DNA from: Kangiellaceae bacterium
GTDB lineage: Bacteria; Pseudomonadota; Gammaproteobacteria; Enterobacterales; Kangiellaceae
DNA length: 64,000 nucleotides
Assembly (NCBI GenBank): GCA_013373015.1
Contig: JABXIQ010000001.1
Coordinates: 2,198-66,197 of the forward strand
Direction: 5' to 3'
A program made the translations under genes and the position numbers. The notes beneath the pieces were generated by a model that worked only from the letters and a program-made list of their open reading frames with translations, was not told where the DNA came from and did no database searches. Below, piece by piece: positions 20,561 through 32,508 of the stretch (positions are counted from its first letter, which is position 1; each line of letters opens with the position of its first letter).

Positions 20561-20574
20561 GAAGTGAATAAAGT

Positions 20575-21045
20575 ATGACCCCACAACCATTAGAAATAAC
20601 TGAGCCAGCACAAGCTCAACAGATGATAACAACATTTACTAATTATGGACTCACTTGGTTTGTCTATACCCTTTTGGTCTTTTTATTGGTTGGCATTATT
20701 TGGTATGTCATTCGTAATTGGCACTTTATAGCTAAATGGTTTATTAGTTCGGTGATTCTAGCGGGAGCTTTAACCGCTGGGCGCCCTGCCGACAATACCG
20801 AAACCTATTCGCCTCTGGTACTAAATTCAGTGGTGAAATTATTTGATGACGATAAAGCTGGTTTTATGTCTGGGATCAAAACCATAGGTCTTGTGTGGGC
20901 TCTATTATTTATATTAGGCATTGTTGCTTGGTTTGCTTATAACCGATTTATTACCAATAAAGATGGTAAACCGCCACAAAAAATGGACACTGAAAAACGA
21001 ATGGCAACACCAATTGAGCCTAATATCTCCGAGAAAACAGAATAA
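20575..21045 (+). CDS. hypothetical membrane protein
   Basis: 156 aa with three predicted TM helices. It starts 14 nt after metG. No family recognised. Confidence 0.45.
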   Translation: MTPQPLEITEPAQAQQMITTFTNYGLTWFVYTLLVFLLVGIIWYVIRNWHFIAKWFISSVILAGALTAGRPADNTETYSPLVLNSVVKLFDDDKAGFMSGIKTIGLVWALLFILGIVAWFAYNRFITNKDGKPPQKMDTEKRMATPIEPNISEKTE

Positions 21046-21069
21046 TAAACAAAGCACAATATTCTATTT

Positions 21070-21348
21070 ATGCAATTCAGTATCGAACAGCTTTTACTAG
21101 CTTATGCTGGAATGAGCCTTATCACATTTGTCGCTTATTGGCTGGATAAGTCTGCGGCTAAAAAAAATGCTTGGCGCATTCCGGAAAAAACACTGCATAT
21201 CCTTAGCCTAGCCTGTGATTGGCCAGGAGCTTTGTTCGGACAACAGCTACTAAGGCATAAAACACAAAAGCAACCGTTTCGCGCCATCTTTTGGCTTACG
21301 GTTGCTTTGAATATTACTGCCGTTCTTTACTTCAAATTCTTTCAATAA
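21070..21348 (+). CDS. DUF1294 domain membrane protein
   Basis: 92 aa. The sequence YWLDKSAAKKNAWRIPEKTLHILSLACDWPGALFGQQLLRHKTQKQPF matches the DUF1294 pattern. Confidence 0.7.
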   Translation: MQFSIEQLLLAYAGMSLITFVAYWLDKSAAKKNAWRIPEKTLHILSLACDWPGALFGQQLLRHKTQKQPFRAIFWLTVALNITAVLYFKFFQ

Positions 21349-21371
21349 AACGAACTCAGCAAAACCTCACC

Positions 21372-23111
21372 TTAATATCCCGCCGCCTCAGCATTCGGTC
21401 TTCGAGGATCGGCGGAACCATAAATGTAGTCTTCAATTTGGATCGATTGAGTAGCACCAATGGTTCCAGTTCGTTTAGTTTTATAGCCCATAGCATCTAA
21501 CACATTAACTGTATCCTGACTTACTTCTGGCTCAACAAACAATACATCTGGCAGCCATTGATGATGAAACCTTGGAGTATGAGTTGCCGCCGCTATATTC
21601 ATATTATGGTCGATAACATTAACTAAAATTTGTAATACTGCAGTAATAATACGACTACCACCTGGACTGCCTGTTAACAGTCTTAACTGACCATCTTTAA
21701 AAACCATGGTCGGTGTCATCGAGCTAAGTGGTCGTTTATTCGCTTCAATCGCGTTAGCTTCACCACCAATCAAACCATAAGCATTGGGTACGCCTTGCTT
21801 GGCTGAGAAGTCGTCCATTTCATTATTAAGTAAAATACCTGTGCCTTCTGCCACTAAACCAGAACCAAAAGAAAAATTCAGCGTATAGGTATTAGAAACT
21901 GCGTTGCCCCATTGATCGACTACTGATATTTGGGTGGTTTCAGGGCTTTCTGGCGCTGGAGCAACGCCTGGAGCAATATCGCTTGAAGCAGTCACAGCGT
22001 CTAAACTGATCTTTGCAGCAATTTTCGCGGCATATTCTTTGCTCAGAAGCCACTCTACAGGTGCTTGATAAAAATCACTATCACCCAAGTGTTTACTTCG
22101 ATCAGCATAAGCATATTTCATACTCTCCGCCATTAAATGAATAGCTTGAGCAGTATTAGCACCTAATTTTGCTATCGGAAAATGCTCTAGAATATTCAGC
22201 ATTTGAATAATGTGGATACCACCCGAGCTTGGCAACGGCATAGTCACAACCTCATAACCACGATAATTTCCTTTAACTACTGTTCGCTGTTTAGGTTGGT
22301 AATTAACTAAATCTTCTGCAGAAATCAAACCATCATGTTGCTGCATAGCTGCAACTAATTTTTTAGCAATTTCGCCTTGATAAAATGCTTTAGCACCATG
22401 TTTTTGGATTTGTTTCAATGACCAAGCCAAATCTGGCTGTTTTAATGTTTCGCCTAACTTGTAACTTGAACCATCTTCTTTATAAAAAACCTTTGCTGTG
22501 GCAGACGATTGAGTCAAATGAGTTCGGCGATTATCCAGTTTTGTCGCCAAATCCCAATTCACGTAGAAACCTTGCTCTGCTAACTTGATTGCTGGTTCTA
22601 ACAATTTATCCCAAGACAATTTTCCATATTTTTTATGCACCATCTCAAAACCAGCCACGGTTCCTGGCACACCAACGGATTGATAACTAAAACGAGCTTT
22701 TTGCTTATCTACATTGCCTTGCTCATCAAGGTACATATCTTTATCGGCTTTTGCTGGCGCAGACTCACGATAATCAATCGCCACGGTTTCACCTGTTTCA
22801 GCAATATGTACCAACATAAAACCGCCGCCGCCAATATTACCTGCTACAGGCAATACCACCGCAAGCGCAAAACCTGTTGCCACTGTGGCATCAACTGCAT
22901 TACCACCTTGTTGTAAAATATCGCGCCCAACTCGACTCGCTAAATATTGACGCGTAACCACCATACCATTTTCAGCAACAACTGGATGGTGAGCGTTTGA
23001 ATAATCGATAATGCTAGGGAGTTCTTTAGCAAAGCTGGGATTCATAAATCCCATACAGCTTACAGCTACTGTAGAAACAAGAGTGAAAAACAGGCGTCTT
23101 TTAAACATCAT
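21372..23111 (-). CDS. ggt: gamma-glutamyltranspeptidase
   Basis: 579 aa with a signal peptide. The autoprocessing/nucleophile Thr sits in its usual context (PETTQISVVDQWGNAVS), followed by GSPGGSRIIT. Confidence 0.95.
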   Translation of the reverse strand: MMFKRRLFFTLVSTVAVSCMGFMNPSFAKELPSIIDYSNAHHPVVAENGMVVTRQYLASRVGRDILQQGGNAVDATVATGFALAVVLPVAGNIGGGGFMLVHIAETGETVAIDYRESAPAKADKDMYLDEQGNVDKQKARFSYQSVGVPGTVAGFEMVHKKYGKLSWDKLLEPAIKLAEQGFYVNWDLATKLDNRRTHLTQSSATAKVFYKEDGSSYKLGETLKQPDLAWSLKQIQKHGAKAFYQGEIAKKLVAAMQQHDGLISAEDLVNYQPKQRTVVKGNYRGYEVVTMPLPSSGGIHIIQMLNILEHFPIAKLGANTAQAIHLMAESMKYAYADRSKHLGDSDFYQAPVEWLLSKEYAAKIAAKISLDAVTASSDIAPGVAPAPESPETTQISVVDQWGNAVSNTYTLNFSFGSGLVAEGTGILLNNEMDDFSAKQGVPNAYGLIGGEANAIEANKRPLSSMTPTMVFKDGQLRLLTGSPGGSRIITAVLQILVNVIDHNMNIAAATHTPRFHHQWLPDVLFVEPEVSQDTVNVLDAMGYKTKRTGTIGATQSIQIEDYIYGSADPRRPNAEAAGY

Positions 23112-23352
23112 ATTAAATTTTTTTTTGGCTTAGCCTTAGTCTAACGGATAGCCCGCTAAAAATTAATGATTATATTGATTTATCTCAAGACGAGAGGATC
23201 ATTGTATAACCTTAAAGCTCATATGGTTGTTTCACCAGTCCCAATCAAGCATAATATAGGCTATAAATTTCATGCTTTTTTAACAGCAGGCAATAACCTA
23301 ATAATACTTGTAAAAACAAGCTGTTAAATCTTTAAGAGATAGCTGACATATC

Positions 23353-23934
23353 ATGGGCGAGTATTTATTACTCTTTATTGGCACAGTACTGGTTAATAAT
23401 TTTGTTCTGGTAAAGTTTCTGGGGCTTTGTCCTTTTATGGGCGTTTCTGGAAAATTAGAGACCGCCATAGGTATGTCTGTAGCCACTACCTTTGTTTTAA
23501 CTCTTGCCTCAGCGCTGAGCTATATCGTCAATACCTATATTCTTGCCCTTTTGAATATGGAGTATTTACAAACCTTATCGTTTATTTTAGTGATTGCGGT
23601 GATGGTGCAGCTTACTGAAATGGTGATCCATAAAACCAGCCCCATTCTTTACCGTTTACTGGGCATTTTTCTGCCTTTAATCACGACCAATTGCGCGGTG
23701 TTAGGTGTTGCGTTGCTCAACGTCAACGAGAAACACAACTTTATTCAATCGGTAATTTATGGCTTTGGCGCTGCTGTAGGCTTCTCCTTAGTATTAGTGT
23801 TGTTCGCCGCCATGCGCGAACGATTAGCAGCAGCAGACGTTCCAGCTCCGTTTAAAGGCGCTTCAATTGCAATGATTACCGCAGGTTTAATGTCTTTAGC
23901 TTTTATGGGCTTTTCTGGCCTGGTTAAACTGTAA
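23353..23934 (+). CDS. rnfA: electron transport complex subunit RnfA/RsxA
   Basis: 193 aa, polytopic. It is the first gene of an rnfABCDGE-nth array with canonical order. Confidence 0.95.
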   Translation: MGEYLLLFIGTVLVNNFVLVKFLGLCPFMGVSGKLETAIGMSVATTFVLTLASALSYIVNTYILALLNMEYLQTLSFILVIAVMVQLTEMVIHKTSPILYRLLGIFLPLITTNCAVLGVALLNVNEKHNFIQSVIYGFGAAVGFSLVLVLFAAMRERLAAADVPAPFKGASIAMITAGLMSLAFMGFSGLVKL

Positions 23935-23944
23935 GAGTATTGAC

Positions 23945-24505
23945 ATGGATTTAATCACAGCGGTCATCATTCTTGCAGCTTTAGGCTTAATCTTCGGGGC
24001 CATATTAGGCTTTGCTGCAGTTAAGTTTAAGGTAGAAGGCGACCCAATTGTCGAGCAAATCAATGACGTCTTGCCCCAAACTCAATGCGGCCAATGTGGA
24101 TATCCTGGTTGCAAACCCTATGCCGAAGCAATAGCCAATGGCGATGAGATCAATAAATGTCCACCGGGTGGTGAAGCTGGTGTTAAAGCGTTAGCAGACT
24201 TACTCGGTCGCGAAGTCATTCCGCTGGATGAAGAGCGTGGTGAAACTAAACCACCTACCGTTGCTTTTATTCGCGAAGACGAATGCATTGGCTGTACTAA
24301 GTGCATTCAAGCGTGCCCTGTTGATGCTATATTAGGTGCACCCAAATTGATGCATACGGTTATTGCAGATGAATGTACAGGCTGCGACTTATGTGTTGAG
24401 CCTTGTCCAGTTGATTGCATTGATATGATAGAAATCCCGCAAACCATTTCCAGTTGGAAATGGCAACAGCCTGAACTAAAAATTGACTTTAAGGAGGTAA
24501 GCTAG
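23945..24505 (+). CDS. rnfB: electron transport complex subunit RnfB
   Basis: It has an N-terminal TM helix, CGQCGYPGC, and two ferredoxin motifs ([12 protein letters not shown] and [12 protein letters not shown]). Confidence 0.95.
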   Translation: MDLITAVIILAALGLIFGAILGFAAVKFKVEGDPIVEQINDVLPQTQCGQCGYPGCKPYAEAIANGDEINKCPPGGEAGVKALADLLGREVIPLDEERGETKPPTVAFIREDECIGCTKCIQACPVDAILGAPKLMHTVIADECTGCDLCVEPCPVDCIDMIEIPQTISSWKWQQPELKIDFKEVS

Positions 24506-26100
24506 TGGAACGCTCGAACTTTACCTCTGAAATTCCTATTTTTAATATCCCTGGCGGAATACATCCAGCAGAGCATAAAACAGAATCTAATAGCCAACCT
24601 ATTAGAAAGTTACCATTGGCTAAGCAGCTTGTTATCAATCTGAAAGGGCAAGCAGGTAATCGCTCAGTAGCTACTGTTGAAGTAGGCGATTATGTTTTAA
24701 AAGGCCAAGTAATTGCTGAAAATGATGGGATCTTTAGTAGCTATCAACATGCACCGAGCTCAGGCACCGTCATTGCGATAGAAAAACGTCCTATTGCTCA
24801 CCCTTCTGGATTAGAAGATCTCTGTATCATTATAGAAACCGATGGCCAAGATAAATGGTGTGACTTATCACCTGTCGACTACAAAAATTTGCAACGTGAA
24901 CAAATACTAGCTCGCATATTTGAAGCTGGTATTGTTGGACTAGGGGGCGCCTCATTTCCAAGCCACATCAAACTCAAACGAGAGCAAGGCATTGATACAT
25001 TGATCATCAATGCGGCTGAGTGTGAACCTTATATCACCTGTGACGATAGATTGTTACAAGAAAATGCCAAGCAGGTACTAGCAGGCGCTCAAATTGTTGC
25101 TCACTTATTCCACAATCTCAACATTGTGATTGGCATCGAAGATAACAAGCCTGCAGCGATTGAAGCATTAAAAAAAGCTCGTCAAGAATTGCAGTTAGAT
25201 AATCTTAAAATAGCCGTTGTACCGACCAAATACCCAAGCGGTGGTGAAAAACAGTTAATTCAATTGCTAACTGGCAAACAGGTACCTCATGGTAAATTAC
25301 CCGCAGATTTAGGCATCATTATGCACAACGTGGGTACTTGTTTTGCCATTTATGAAGCTATTATTCATGGTAAACCACTGGTAGAGCGGATAGTCACTTT
25401 AACAGGTGATGCTTGCTCCAATAAAGGCAACTACCGCATTCCTTTCGGTACTCCCATAGAACATTTGATCAAAGCAACAGAGTCGCAACTTGCTAACAAA
25501 TACATTATGGGCGGCCCTATGATGGGTTATGAGCTGCAAAGCCTATCTATTGGTATTGTCAAAGCGACTAACTGCATCATTATGAATAACAAGCAGTTAC
25601 CTGCAAATCAATCGGTATTACCTTGTATACGATGTGGTGAGTGTATGAACGCCTGCCCTGCAGAGTTGTTACCCCAGCAGCTATACTGGCATAGCAAAGC
25701 CGATGAATTTGATAAAGCTGAAGATTATAACCTTTTCGACTGTATTGAATGCGGTGCTTGCGCTTACGTTTGCCCAAGTAATATCCCTTTGGTGCAATAT
25801 TACCGTTATGCCAAATCCACTATACGCAACAATCGTGTGGAAAAAATTAAAGCAGATAAAGCGCGACAAAGACACGAAGCTCGCTTGGAGCGTATAGAAA
25901 GAGTTAAACGTGAAAAAGCCGAGAAACATCAAAAAGCCGCTGAAGCGCGACGTAAAGCAGCACAGGCTACTGGTCAAGATGATGCTAAGAAAGCTGCCGT
26001 TGCAGCAGCTTTAGCTCGCGTTCAAGCTAAAAAAGCACAACAAGAAAAAACTGCAGATAAAGCTGATTGTGTAGATAATAACAAGCAGGAATCCTCATAA
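24505..26100 (+). CDS. rnfC: electron transport complex subunit RnfC
   Basis: The GTG start is 7 nt after AAGGAGG (24491-24497) and overlaps the rnfB stop by 1 nt. Ferredoxin motifs CIRCGECMNACP and CIECGACAYVCP are present. It has a Lys/Ala-rich C-terminal tail. Confidence 0.95.
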   Translation: MERSNFTSEIPIFNIPGGIHPAEHKTESNSQPIRKLPLAKQLVINLKGQAGNRSVATVEVGDYVLKGQVIAENDGIFSSYQHAPSSGTVIAIEKRPIAHPSGLEDLCIIIETDGQDKWCDLSPVDYKNLQREQILARIFEAGIVGLGGASFPSHIKLKREQGIDTLIINAAECEPYITCDDRLLQENAKQVLAGAQIVAHLFHNLNIVIGIEDNKPAAIEALKKARQELQLDNLKIAVVPTKYPSGGEKQLIQLLTGKQVPHGKLPADLGIIMHNVGTCFAIYEAIIHGKPLVERIVTLTGDACSNKGNYRIPFGTPIEHLIKATESQLANKYIMGGPMMGYELQSLSIGIVKATNCIIMNNKQLPANQSVLPCIRCGECMNACPAELLPQQLYWHSKADEFDKAEDYNLFDCIECGACAYVCPSNIPLVQYYRYAKSTIRNNRVEKIKADKARQRHEARLERIERVKREKAEKHQKAAEARRKAAQATGQDDAKKAAVAAALARVQAKKAQQEKTADKADCVDNNKQESS

Positions 26101-27188
26101 TGGCAAAATTATCATCAATACTGTCATCTCCATTTGACAAGAAACCAAACTCTGTCAGTGCACTCATGTTGTGGGTCGTGGGAGCTACACTTCCTGGTCT
26201 ATTTGCTCTAATCCACTTCTTCGGCTTTGGTGTCTTAATCAACCTTTGTCTAGCGATAACAACCGCCTTAGTGTGCGAAGCTGTTATATTAAAACTGCGA
26301 CAAAAGCCTCTCTTGCCAATCTTATTAGACGGTAGCGCTTTAGTCACTGCATGGCTATTAGCTTTAGCACTACCTCCTCTTTTACCCTGGTGGATGACCG
26401 TCATTGGCAGTGCTTTCGCCATTATCTTCGCAAAACACCTATACGGTGGTTTAGGCAATAACCTATTCAATCCAGCTATGGTTGGCTATGTTTTGTTGCT
26501 GATCTCTTTTCCAGTGCACATGACCTCATGGCTACCAGCACAAGATTTAGCTGCCAATCCTATTAGCTTGGGCGATACCTTTTCATATATTTTCACTGGC
26601 ACTAGCACTAATGGCGCTGACATCAGTTGGGCACGCCAAGGAATTGATGGTTTTACTCTTGCCACCCCATTAGATCATGTTAAAACTGAATTATCGCAAG
26701 GCTTTAGAATCGCCGAAATTCAATCTTCACCGATCATAGAAGGACTATCAGGAATTGGCTGGCAGTGGGTCAACCTCGCTTTTTTACTAGGCGGTTTAGC
26801 ACTATTGATCCGCAAAGTAATTGGCTGGCAAATTGTTGCAGGAACTTTGCTCGGTGTCTGTGGCATGGCATTTTTGTTATTTGCTATTGATAGCGATCAC
26901 TATGTATCACCACTGTTCCACCTGTTTTCAGGTGCGACTATGTTGACAGCATTTTTTATCGCAACCGACCCTGTGACCGCTTCGACAACCGCAAAAGGAC
27001 GCTGGTTGTTTGGGCTAGGTATTGGCATTATTTGTGTCGTCATAAGAACATTTGGTGGTTATCCTGACGCCTTTGCTTTTGCTGTGCTAATCATGAACAT
27101 GACAGTTCCAATGATAGACTACTACACAAAACCTAAAGCCTATGGCCATCAAAAATCGAGCAATGGAACAGGAAGTAGCAATGGCTAA
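26100..27188 (+). CDS. rnfD: electron transport complex subunit RnfD
   Basis: TAATG overlap with rnfC. 362 aa, polytopic. The FMN-attachment region reads DGFTLATPL. Confidence 0.95.
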   Translation: MAKLSSILSSPFDKKPNSVSALMLWVVGATLPGLFALIHFFGFGVLINLCLAITTALVCEAVILKLRQKPLLPILLDGSALVTAWLLALALPPLLPWWMTVIGSAFAIIFAKHLYGGLGNNLFNPAMVGYVLLLISFPVHMTSWLPAQDLAANPISLGDTFSYIFTGTSTNGADISWARQGIDGFTLATPLDHVKTELSQGFRIAEIQSSPIIEGLSGIGWQWVNLAFLLGGLALLIRKVIGWQIVAGTLLGVCGMAFLLFAIDSDHYVSPLFHLFSGATMLTAFFIATDPVTASTTAKGRWLFGLGIGIICVVIRTFGGYPDAFAFAVLIMNMTVPMIDYYTKPKAYGHQKSSNGTGSSNG

Positions 27189-27849
27189 CTCAATACTCAG
27201 TAAAATGATTAGTAAAAATGGCTTGATACTCGCAGGGTTTGCCGCTATTTGCGTTGGTTTAATCGCTTTTACTTACTTCATCACTCGCGACACAATCGCC
27301 AGCGAGATGCAGGCTGCTTTGGCGAGAACGCTTAACCAACTTGTTCCACAAAATGAATATGACAATGATGTTCATCATGATTGTACGCTTGTCCAATCCG
27401 TAGAGCTATTAGGTAGCAATGAAACTGTTCATGCTTATAGAATGCGCAAAAATGGTCAACCGGTAGCTGTGGTTTTAGAATCAGTTGCTCCAAACGGGTA
27501 CTCAGGAAAAATCCATTTAGTGGTAGGTATTTATGCCGATGGGCAGCTTGCTGGTGTTAGAGTAAGCGAGCATAAAGAAACACCCGGTTTGGGCGACAAG
27601 ATTGATGCGAACAAAAGTGATTGGATTTTAAGTTTTTCAGAGAAATCCCTAACATCTCCAACAATTGAGCAATGGAAAGTCAAAAAAGACGGCGGTGCTT
27701 TTGATGCTTTTACAGGAGCGACCATTACCCCAAGGGCGGTTGTTGAACAAGTAGCTAAAACTTTGCAGTTTTACCAACAACAAAAAGATGTACTTTTTAA
27801 CGGGCCACAAAATTGTGCTTCCGTAATTAGCACCTCTAGACAGCAATAA
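27181..27849 (+). CDS. rnfG: electron transport complex subunit RnfG
   Basis: Trimmed to ATG 27181 (ATGGCTAA overlap with rnfD). It has an N-terminal TM helix and the FMN-binding motif [14 protein letters not shown]. Confidence 0.9.
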   Translation: MANSILSKMISKNGLILAGFAAICVGLIAFTYFITRDTIASEMQAALARTLNQLVPQNEYDNDVHHDCTLVQSVELLGSNETVHAYRMRKNGQPVAVVLESVAPNGYSGKIHLVVGIYADGQLAGVRVSEHKETPGLGDKIDANKSDWILSFSEKSLTSPTIEQWKVKKDGGAFDAFTGATITPRAVVEQVAKTLQFYQQQKDVLFNGPQNCASVISTSRQQ

Positions 27850-27862
27850 AGACAATTTGACC

Positions 27863-28561
27863 ATGAATAGCGAATCAAAGACAATTATCAAGAATGGTTT
27901 ATGGGACAATAATCCAGCCTTGGTTCAATTACTTGGCTTATGCCCCTTATTAGCTGTCAGCAATACCTTTATCAACGGACTCGCCTTAGGACTTGCAACC
28001 ACTTGGGTTTTGGCTGGTTCGAACGCATCGGTATCTTTAGTGCGAAACTATATCCCAAAAGAAATTCGCATCCCTATTTTCGTCATGATGATCGCCAGCT
28101 TTGTAACCAATGTTGGCTTACTGATGAATGCTTTTACCTATGACCTATACTTAACTCTCGGCATTTTTATACCACTAATTGTCACCAACTGTGCCATTAT
28201 TGGTCGAGCCGAAGCCTTTGCCTCCAAAAACAAATTCGTCCCTTCTTTATTAGATGGCATCATGCAAGGCCTAGGCTTTACCCTTGTGTTGTGTACTTTA
28301 GGTGCAATTCGCGAAATGGTTGGTCAAGGAACCCTTTTTTATGGTGCGGAACAGTTATTTGGTGAGTGGGCAAAATCGTTAAGTATTTCTTTCTACTTAA
28401 CCGACTCAAAATTCTTATTCGCCATTCTTCCTCCAGGTGCTTTTGTTGGACTCGGAATCTTAATCGCTCTAAAGAACGTGGTTGATAAAAAAGTAGAACA
28501 AAAAAATGCACTAGCAAAAGCAATTAACCCAGTAAGCAAAGAGGCTCTCGTTAATGAATAA
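27863..28561 (+). CDS. rnfE: electron transport complex subunit RnfE
   Basis: ATG 27863 (the track start 27857 is TTG). 232 aa, and a paralog of RnfA ([10 protein letters not shown]). Confidence 0.9.
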   Translation: MNSESKTIIKNGLWDNNPALVQLLGLCPLLAVSNTFINGLALGLATTWVLAGSNASVSLVRNYIPKEIRIPIFVMMIASFVTNVGLLMNAFTYDLYLTLGIFIPLIVTNCAIIGRAEAFASKNKFVPSLLDGIMQGLGFTLVLCTLGAIREMVGQGTLFYGAEQLFGEWAKSLSISFYLTDSKFLFAILPPGAFVGLGILIALKNVVDKKVEQKNALAKAINPVSKEALVNE

Positions 28562-29189
28562 AGCGAAACGACAAGAGATCTTTGAACGACTGAGAAACGA
28601 AAATCCTAACCCACAAACTGAGCTTGAATACAGTTCAACTTTTGAATTATTGATTGCTGTTATTTTATCTGCTCAAGCCACCGATGTAGGCGTCAATAAA
28701 GCCACACGAAAATTATTTCCTGTAGCCAATACCCCTGAAGCCATTTACGCATTAGGTGAGGATGGACTCAAACAATATATCAAAACCATTGGCCTGTTTA
28801 ACAGCAAAGCCAAAAATGTCATATCGTGCTGTAAAGACCTCATTGAAAAGCACAACTCTGTAGTGCCAGACACAAGAAAAGAATTAGAAGCGCTGGCTGG
28901 AGTTGGTCGTAAAACTGCTAACGTAGTACTTAATACAGCTTTTAGACAGGTTGCCATGGCCGTAGATACTCACATATTCCGCGTATCAAACCGCACTAAA
29001 ATAGCACCAGGTAAAAACGTACGCCAAGTAGAAGATGCTTTATTGAAATTTGTACCTAAAGAGTTTCTACTCGACGCCCACCACTGGCTAATTTTGCATG
29101 GCCGCTATACTTGCATCGCTAGAAAACCAAGATGTGGTAGCTGTATTATTGAACACTTGTGTGAGTTTAAAGATAAAACATATGATTAA
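28554..29189 (+). CDS. nth: endonuclease III
   Basis: ATGAATAA overlap with rnfE. It has the HhH motif [13 protein letters not shown] and the Fe-S cluster loop [17 protein letters not shown]. Confidence 0.95.
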   Translation: MNKAKRQEIFERLRNENPNPQTELEYSSTFELLIAVILSAQATDVGVNKATRKLFPVANTPEAIYALGEDGLKQYIKTIGLFNSKAKNVISCCKDLIEKHNSVVPDTRKELEALAGVGRKTANVVLNTAFRQVAMAVDTHIFRVSNRTKIAPGKNVRQVEDALLKFVPKEFLLDAHHWLILHGRYTCIARKPRCGSCIIEHLCEFKDKTYD

Positions 29190-29200
29190 TGTTTTATACA

Positions 29201-29238
29201 AAAAAGAAAAAAAGCCGCTTATATAAGCGGCTTTTTTA
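29201..29238. terminator. bidirectional terminator between nth (+) and tRNA-Val (-)
   Basis: Stem GCCGCTT (29214-29220) pairs with AAGCGGC (29225-29231). An A-rich run lies on one side and T6 on the other. Confidence 0.7.
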
Positions 29239-29243
29239 ATATA

Positions 29244-29320
29244 TGGTAGTCGCGAGTGAATTCGAATCACCGACCCCCACCATGTCAAGGTGGTGCTCTA
29301 ACCAGCTGAGCTACGCGACT
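29244..29320 (-). tRNA. tRNA-Val (anticodon GAC)
   Basis: The reverse complement reads AGTCGCGTAGCTCAGCTGGTTAGAGCACCACCTTGACATGGTGGGGGTCGGTGATTCGAATTCACTCGCGACTACCA. The 7-bp acceptor stem is AGTCGCG/CGCGACT. The anticodon stem CCACC/GGTGG carries the loop TTGACAT. CCA is encoded. Confidence 0.9.
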
Positions 29321-29365
29321 ATTTTAGTGCTGAGGATTTTACCACAGCTTTTTCAGCTTGCAAGA

Positions 29366-30754
29366 TTAAGCTTCTAACAAATCTAAAATTTCTTTTGTTT
29401 TTTGCTTCATCAGCTCTTGATTTGCTTTGGATTCGACATTAAGCCTAACAACTGGCTCCGTATTTGATTTTCTCAAATTAAAACGCCAATTTTCAAATTC
29501 CATACTAATACCATCAAGCTTATCTATAACGATAGCCTCACTCTGATATTTTGATAGTATGGAATCAATAGCTTTATCAGGGTTATTTAAGCGACGATTA
29601 ATTTCTCCTGATGATGGAAATTTAGCAATTCGGTCATGCACCATTTCTGATAATTTCTGCTTTTTAACAGACAATAATTCAGCTATTAATAGCCAAGGTA
29701 TCATACCACTATCACAGTATGCAAAGTCTTTAAAATAATGATGCGCCGACATTTCACCGCCATATACTGCATCTTCTTCACGCATAACTTCTTTAATAAA
29801 AGCATGCCCACACTTAGATAAAATTGGAATACCACCATTTGATTTAACTATATCAATGGTATTCCAAGTAAGCCTTGGGTCATGAACAACCTTAGCACCA
29901 GGCTTCTTTTGTAAAAAAGCCTCAGCTAACAAACCAACTATATAATACCCTTCAATAAACTCTCCCTTCTCATCAAACAAAAAGCAACGGTCGAAATCAC
30001 CATCCCATGCTATCCCCATATCTGCACCATGCTTTAGAACAGCCTCAGATGTGGCCGCTCGATTTTCTGGCAAAATAGGATTGGGAATTCCATTAGGAAA
30101 GGTTCCATCCGCTTCATGATGAACCTTAATAAAAGTAATTGGGATGCCTTTTACTAAGAAGTATTTTTCAATTGCATCAACAACATGTCCAGCAGCACCA
30201 TTACCACTATTAACTACTAAATTCAAAGGCTTTAGATTATCCACATTTATATATGCAGCCAGATGATCAACAAAATCATGAAGTACGGATTTTTTAATTA
30301 TTAAGCCCTTATCACTCACTGGCTCAAAAGTCTCATCTCCATAAACTATTTCTTCAATTGCTTTAAGACCCGTATCGGCACTAATGGGCCTAGATTCCTC
30401 TTTAACGAGCTTCATCCCGTTATAATCAATTGGGTTATGGCTAGCAGTAACTTCAATTCCACCATCCACGCCAAGAAACGTTGTAGCAAAGTAAACTTCT
30501 TCTGTTCCTGTCATTCCAATGTCTATAACATCAACACCTTGATCAACTAAACCTTTAGCAACATTGTTCTTCAAACTTTCAGATGTCTCACGAATATCGC
30601 CACCAACAATTATAGTTTTTGGCTTCAAAAATTTTGCGAAAGCAGATCCTATCTTATAAGCAATTTCATCATTTAATTGCTCTCCCAACTTTCCTCTTAC
30701 GTCATACGCTTTAAATGGACTATTCAATTTATTAATTCCTATGCCAATGGCCAT
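29366..30754 (-). CDS. phosphomannomutase/phosphoglucomutase (AlgC/ManB type)
   Basis: 462 aa. It has the active-site Ser loop [13 protein letters not shown], the Mg loop AWDGDFDRC and the sugar loop GGEMSAHH. It is the last gene of the polysaccharide locus. Confidence 0.9.
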   Translation of the reverse strand: MAIGIGINKLNSPFKAYDVRGKLGEQLNDEIAYKIGSAFAKFLKPKTIIVGGDIRETSESLKNNVAKGLVDQGVDVIDIGMTGTEEVYFATTFLGVDGGIEVTASHNPIDYNGMKLVKEESRPISADTGLKAIEEIVYGDETFEPVSDKGLIIKKSVLHDFVDHLAAYINVDNLKPLNLVVNSGNGAAGHVVDAIEKYFLVKGIPITFIKVHHEADGTFPNGIPNPILPENRAATSEAVLKHGADMGIAWDGDFDRCFLFDEKGEFIEGYYIVGLLAEAFLQKKPGAKVVHDPRLTWNTIDIVKSNGGIPILSKCGHAFIKEVMREEDAVYGGEMSAHHYFKDFAYCDSGMIPWLLIAELLSVKKQKLSEMVHDRIAKFPSSGEINRRLNNPDKAIDSILSKYQSEAIVIDKLDGISMEFENWRFNLRKSNTEPVVRLNVESKANQELMKQKTKEILDLLEA

Positions 30755-32508
30755 ATATTTGGCACTATAAATAATGTTACCAACATCACCATTATACTCA
30801 ATGGCAAACCTAACTTTAAATAATCAGAAAAACGATAATTACCAGCGCCATATACCATAAGATTAGTTTGATATCCCAAAGGAGTCATAAAGCTCGCTGA
30901 TGCAGCTATCATAATAACTATTGCAAAAGGCATAATATTCAAGCCAAACTGCTCACTAATACCACTTACAAAAGAAAAAGAAATCACAGCTGCAGCATTA
31001 TTAGTCACAAGCTCTGTTAGCACTAAAGTTACAAGGTAAACCACTACAAGCAAACCCAAACCATGACTAATATTTAACGCGTCAATAGCCGCTATCATTT
31101 GATCAGAAACGCCATTTAGTTTAATAGCCTCACCAAAACCGAATGCTATAACAATTAACGATAAAACCCGAAAATCAATAGATTTACCTGCTTGAGTAAT
31201 ATTACAACAGCCGGATACGATCGTTAATAAAGCCCCCATAAGCGATGCAATAACCATATCAACGATACCAAAAGTAGCTAAGACTACTACTAACAATAAA
31301 CTAGCCCAAGCATACTTAGCCTTATTTAGATGACTAGCTCTTACCTTCTCAACCCCCTCAATTAACAAAAAATCTCGGCTATAGCGCTGTTCTTGGATAA
31401 AAGAGTTATCGGCATGCAAAAGCAACAAATCACCTGCCTTTAATACTATATCCCCAGTTTTTTTATCAATTCTTTGACCTTGACGAATAACCGCAATAAT
31501 AACAGCACTGTAATAATGCCGAAAACCAGCCTCTCGCACAGTTTTACCAACCATTGGATTATGACGAGTAACAAGCACTTCCGCTAAAAAAGTATCACTT
31601 TTATCTTCTAATTTATAAATTTGCTTATCGGAATGCCTCAAACCCTTAATTGCTGTCAGCTCAGCCATTGCATCAGTTGTTCCTGAGAAAACTAATCTAT
31701 CATTGGCTTGCATTACTGTATTAGGCTCTACGTTACCGAAATACAGACCACTTCTTACTAATTGAATAAGAAAAGCCCCTTTCAAACCGCGTAACTGTGC
31801 CTCTTCTATCGTTTTGCCAACAAGTGAACTATCACCCTCAACAATAAGTTCAAATGTATAATCCCTTGATTTATATAAAGGTTTATCTGCCACATCACGC
31901 TCAGATAAAATAAATCGAGAGAAAAAAACCAAATACAATATCCCGATTAGAGTTATAGGCAAACCAACAATTGAAATTTCAAAAAAACCTATTGACTGCT
32001 CAGGATAGTACTGACTAATTAATCCGCTAACAACGAGGTTTGTACTGGTACCAATAATAGTACAGGTTCCTCCCAAAATAGCAGCATAACTCAGAGGTAA
32101 AAGAAGTTTAGATGGTGAAATATTATGCTTCTTACACCAAGAAACGACCACAGGTATTAAAGAAGCAACTATAGGGGTATTATTAAGAAAACCGCTCAAG
32201 ATAGCAGTGGGTGTCAACAATCTAGACTGATTTACTGCTAATGTTTTTTTTGGCTTAAGCAACCCATTAATAATGGGCATAAAAGCACCTGTTTCTTTGA
32301 TGCCTGCGGAAACAATAAAAAGTGCAGCTAAAGTAATTACTCCAGGATTAGAAAATCCAAGAAATGCTTTATTAATTGGTAGTAAACCTGAAAGTAAAAA
32401 GATTAAAAAAGCAACACCAAAGATAATAACGGGTTCTATGCGAGTTGCAAAAACCCCCACAAAAGCGCCCAGAATTATAAATATAGTAGAAAGAGAATAA
32501 TAATCCAT
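30739..32508 (-). CDS. SLC13/DASS-family anion permease with two central TrkA-C (RCK_C) domains; probable sulfate transporter
   Basis: 589 aa with polytopic halves flanking two RCK_C-like segments ([23 protein letters not shown]... and [23 protein letters not shown]...). It sits immediately downstream of sat-cysC. The substrate is inferred from context. Confidence 0.75.
   Translation of the reverse strand: MDYYSLSTIFIILGAFVGVFATRIEPVIIFGVAFLIFLLSGLLPINKAFLGFSNPGVITLAALFIVSAGIKETGAFMPIINGLLKPKKTLAVNQSRLLTPTAILSGFLNNTPIVASLIPVVVSWCKKHNISPSKLLLPLSYAAILGGTCTIIGTSTNLVVSGLISQYYPEQSIGFFEISIVGLPITLIGILYLVFFSRFILSERDVADKPLYKSRDYTFELIVEGDSSLVGKTIEEAQLRGLKGAFLIQLVRSGLYFGNVEPNTVMQANDRLVFSGTTDAMAELTAIKGLRHSDKQIYKLEDKSDTFLAEVLVTRHNPMVGKTVREAGFRHYYSAVIIAVIRQGQRIDKKTGDIVLKAGDLLLLHADNSFIQEQRYSRDFLLIEGVEKVRASHLNKAKYAWASLLLVVVLATFGIVDMVIASLMGALLTIVSGCCNITQAGKSIDFRVLSLIVIAFGFGEAIKLNGVSDQMIAAIDALNISHGLGLLVVVYLVTLVLTELVTNNAAAVISFSFVSGISEQFGLNIMPFAIVIMIAASASFMTPLGYQTNLMVYGAGNYRFSDYLKLGLPLSIMVMLVTLFIVPNIWPLA

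Noticed and set aside
25850-26100. The Lys/Ala/Glu-rich tail of RnfC as a separate gene or domain of interest
   Set aside because: Low-complexity C-terminal extensions are common and variable in gammaproteobacterial RnfC. The frame is continuous with rnfC.
26027-26470. 147-aa minus-strand ORF across the rnfC/rnfD junction
   Set aside because: It is antisense to two strongly supported genes and has no motif.
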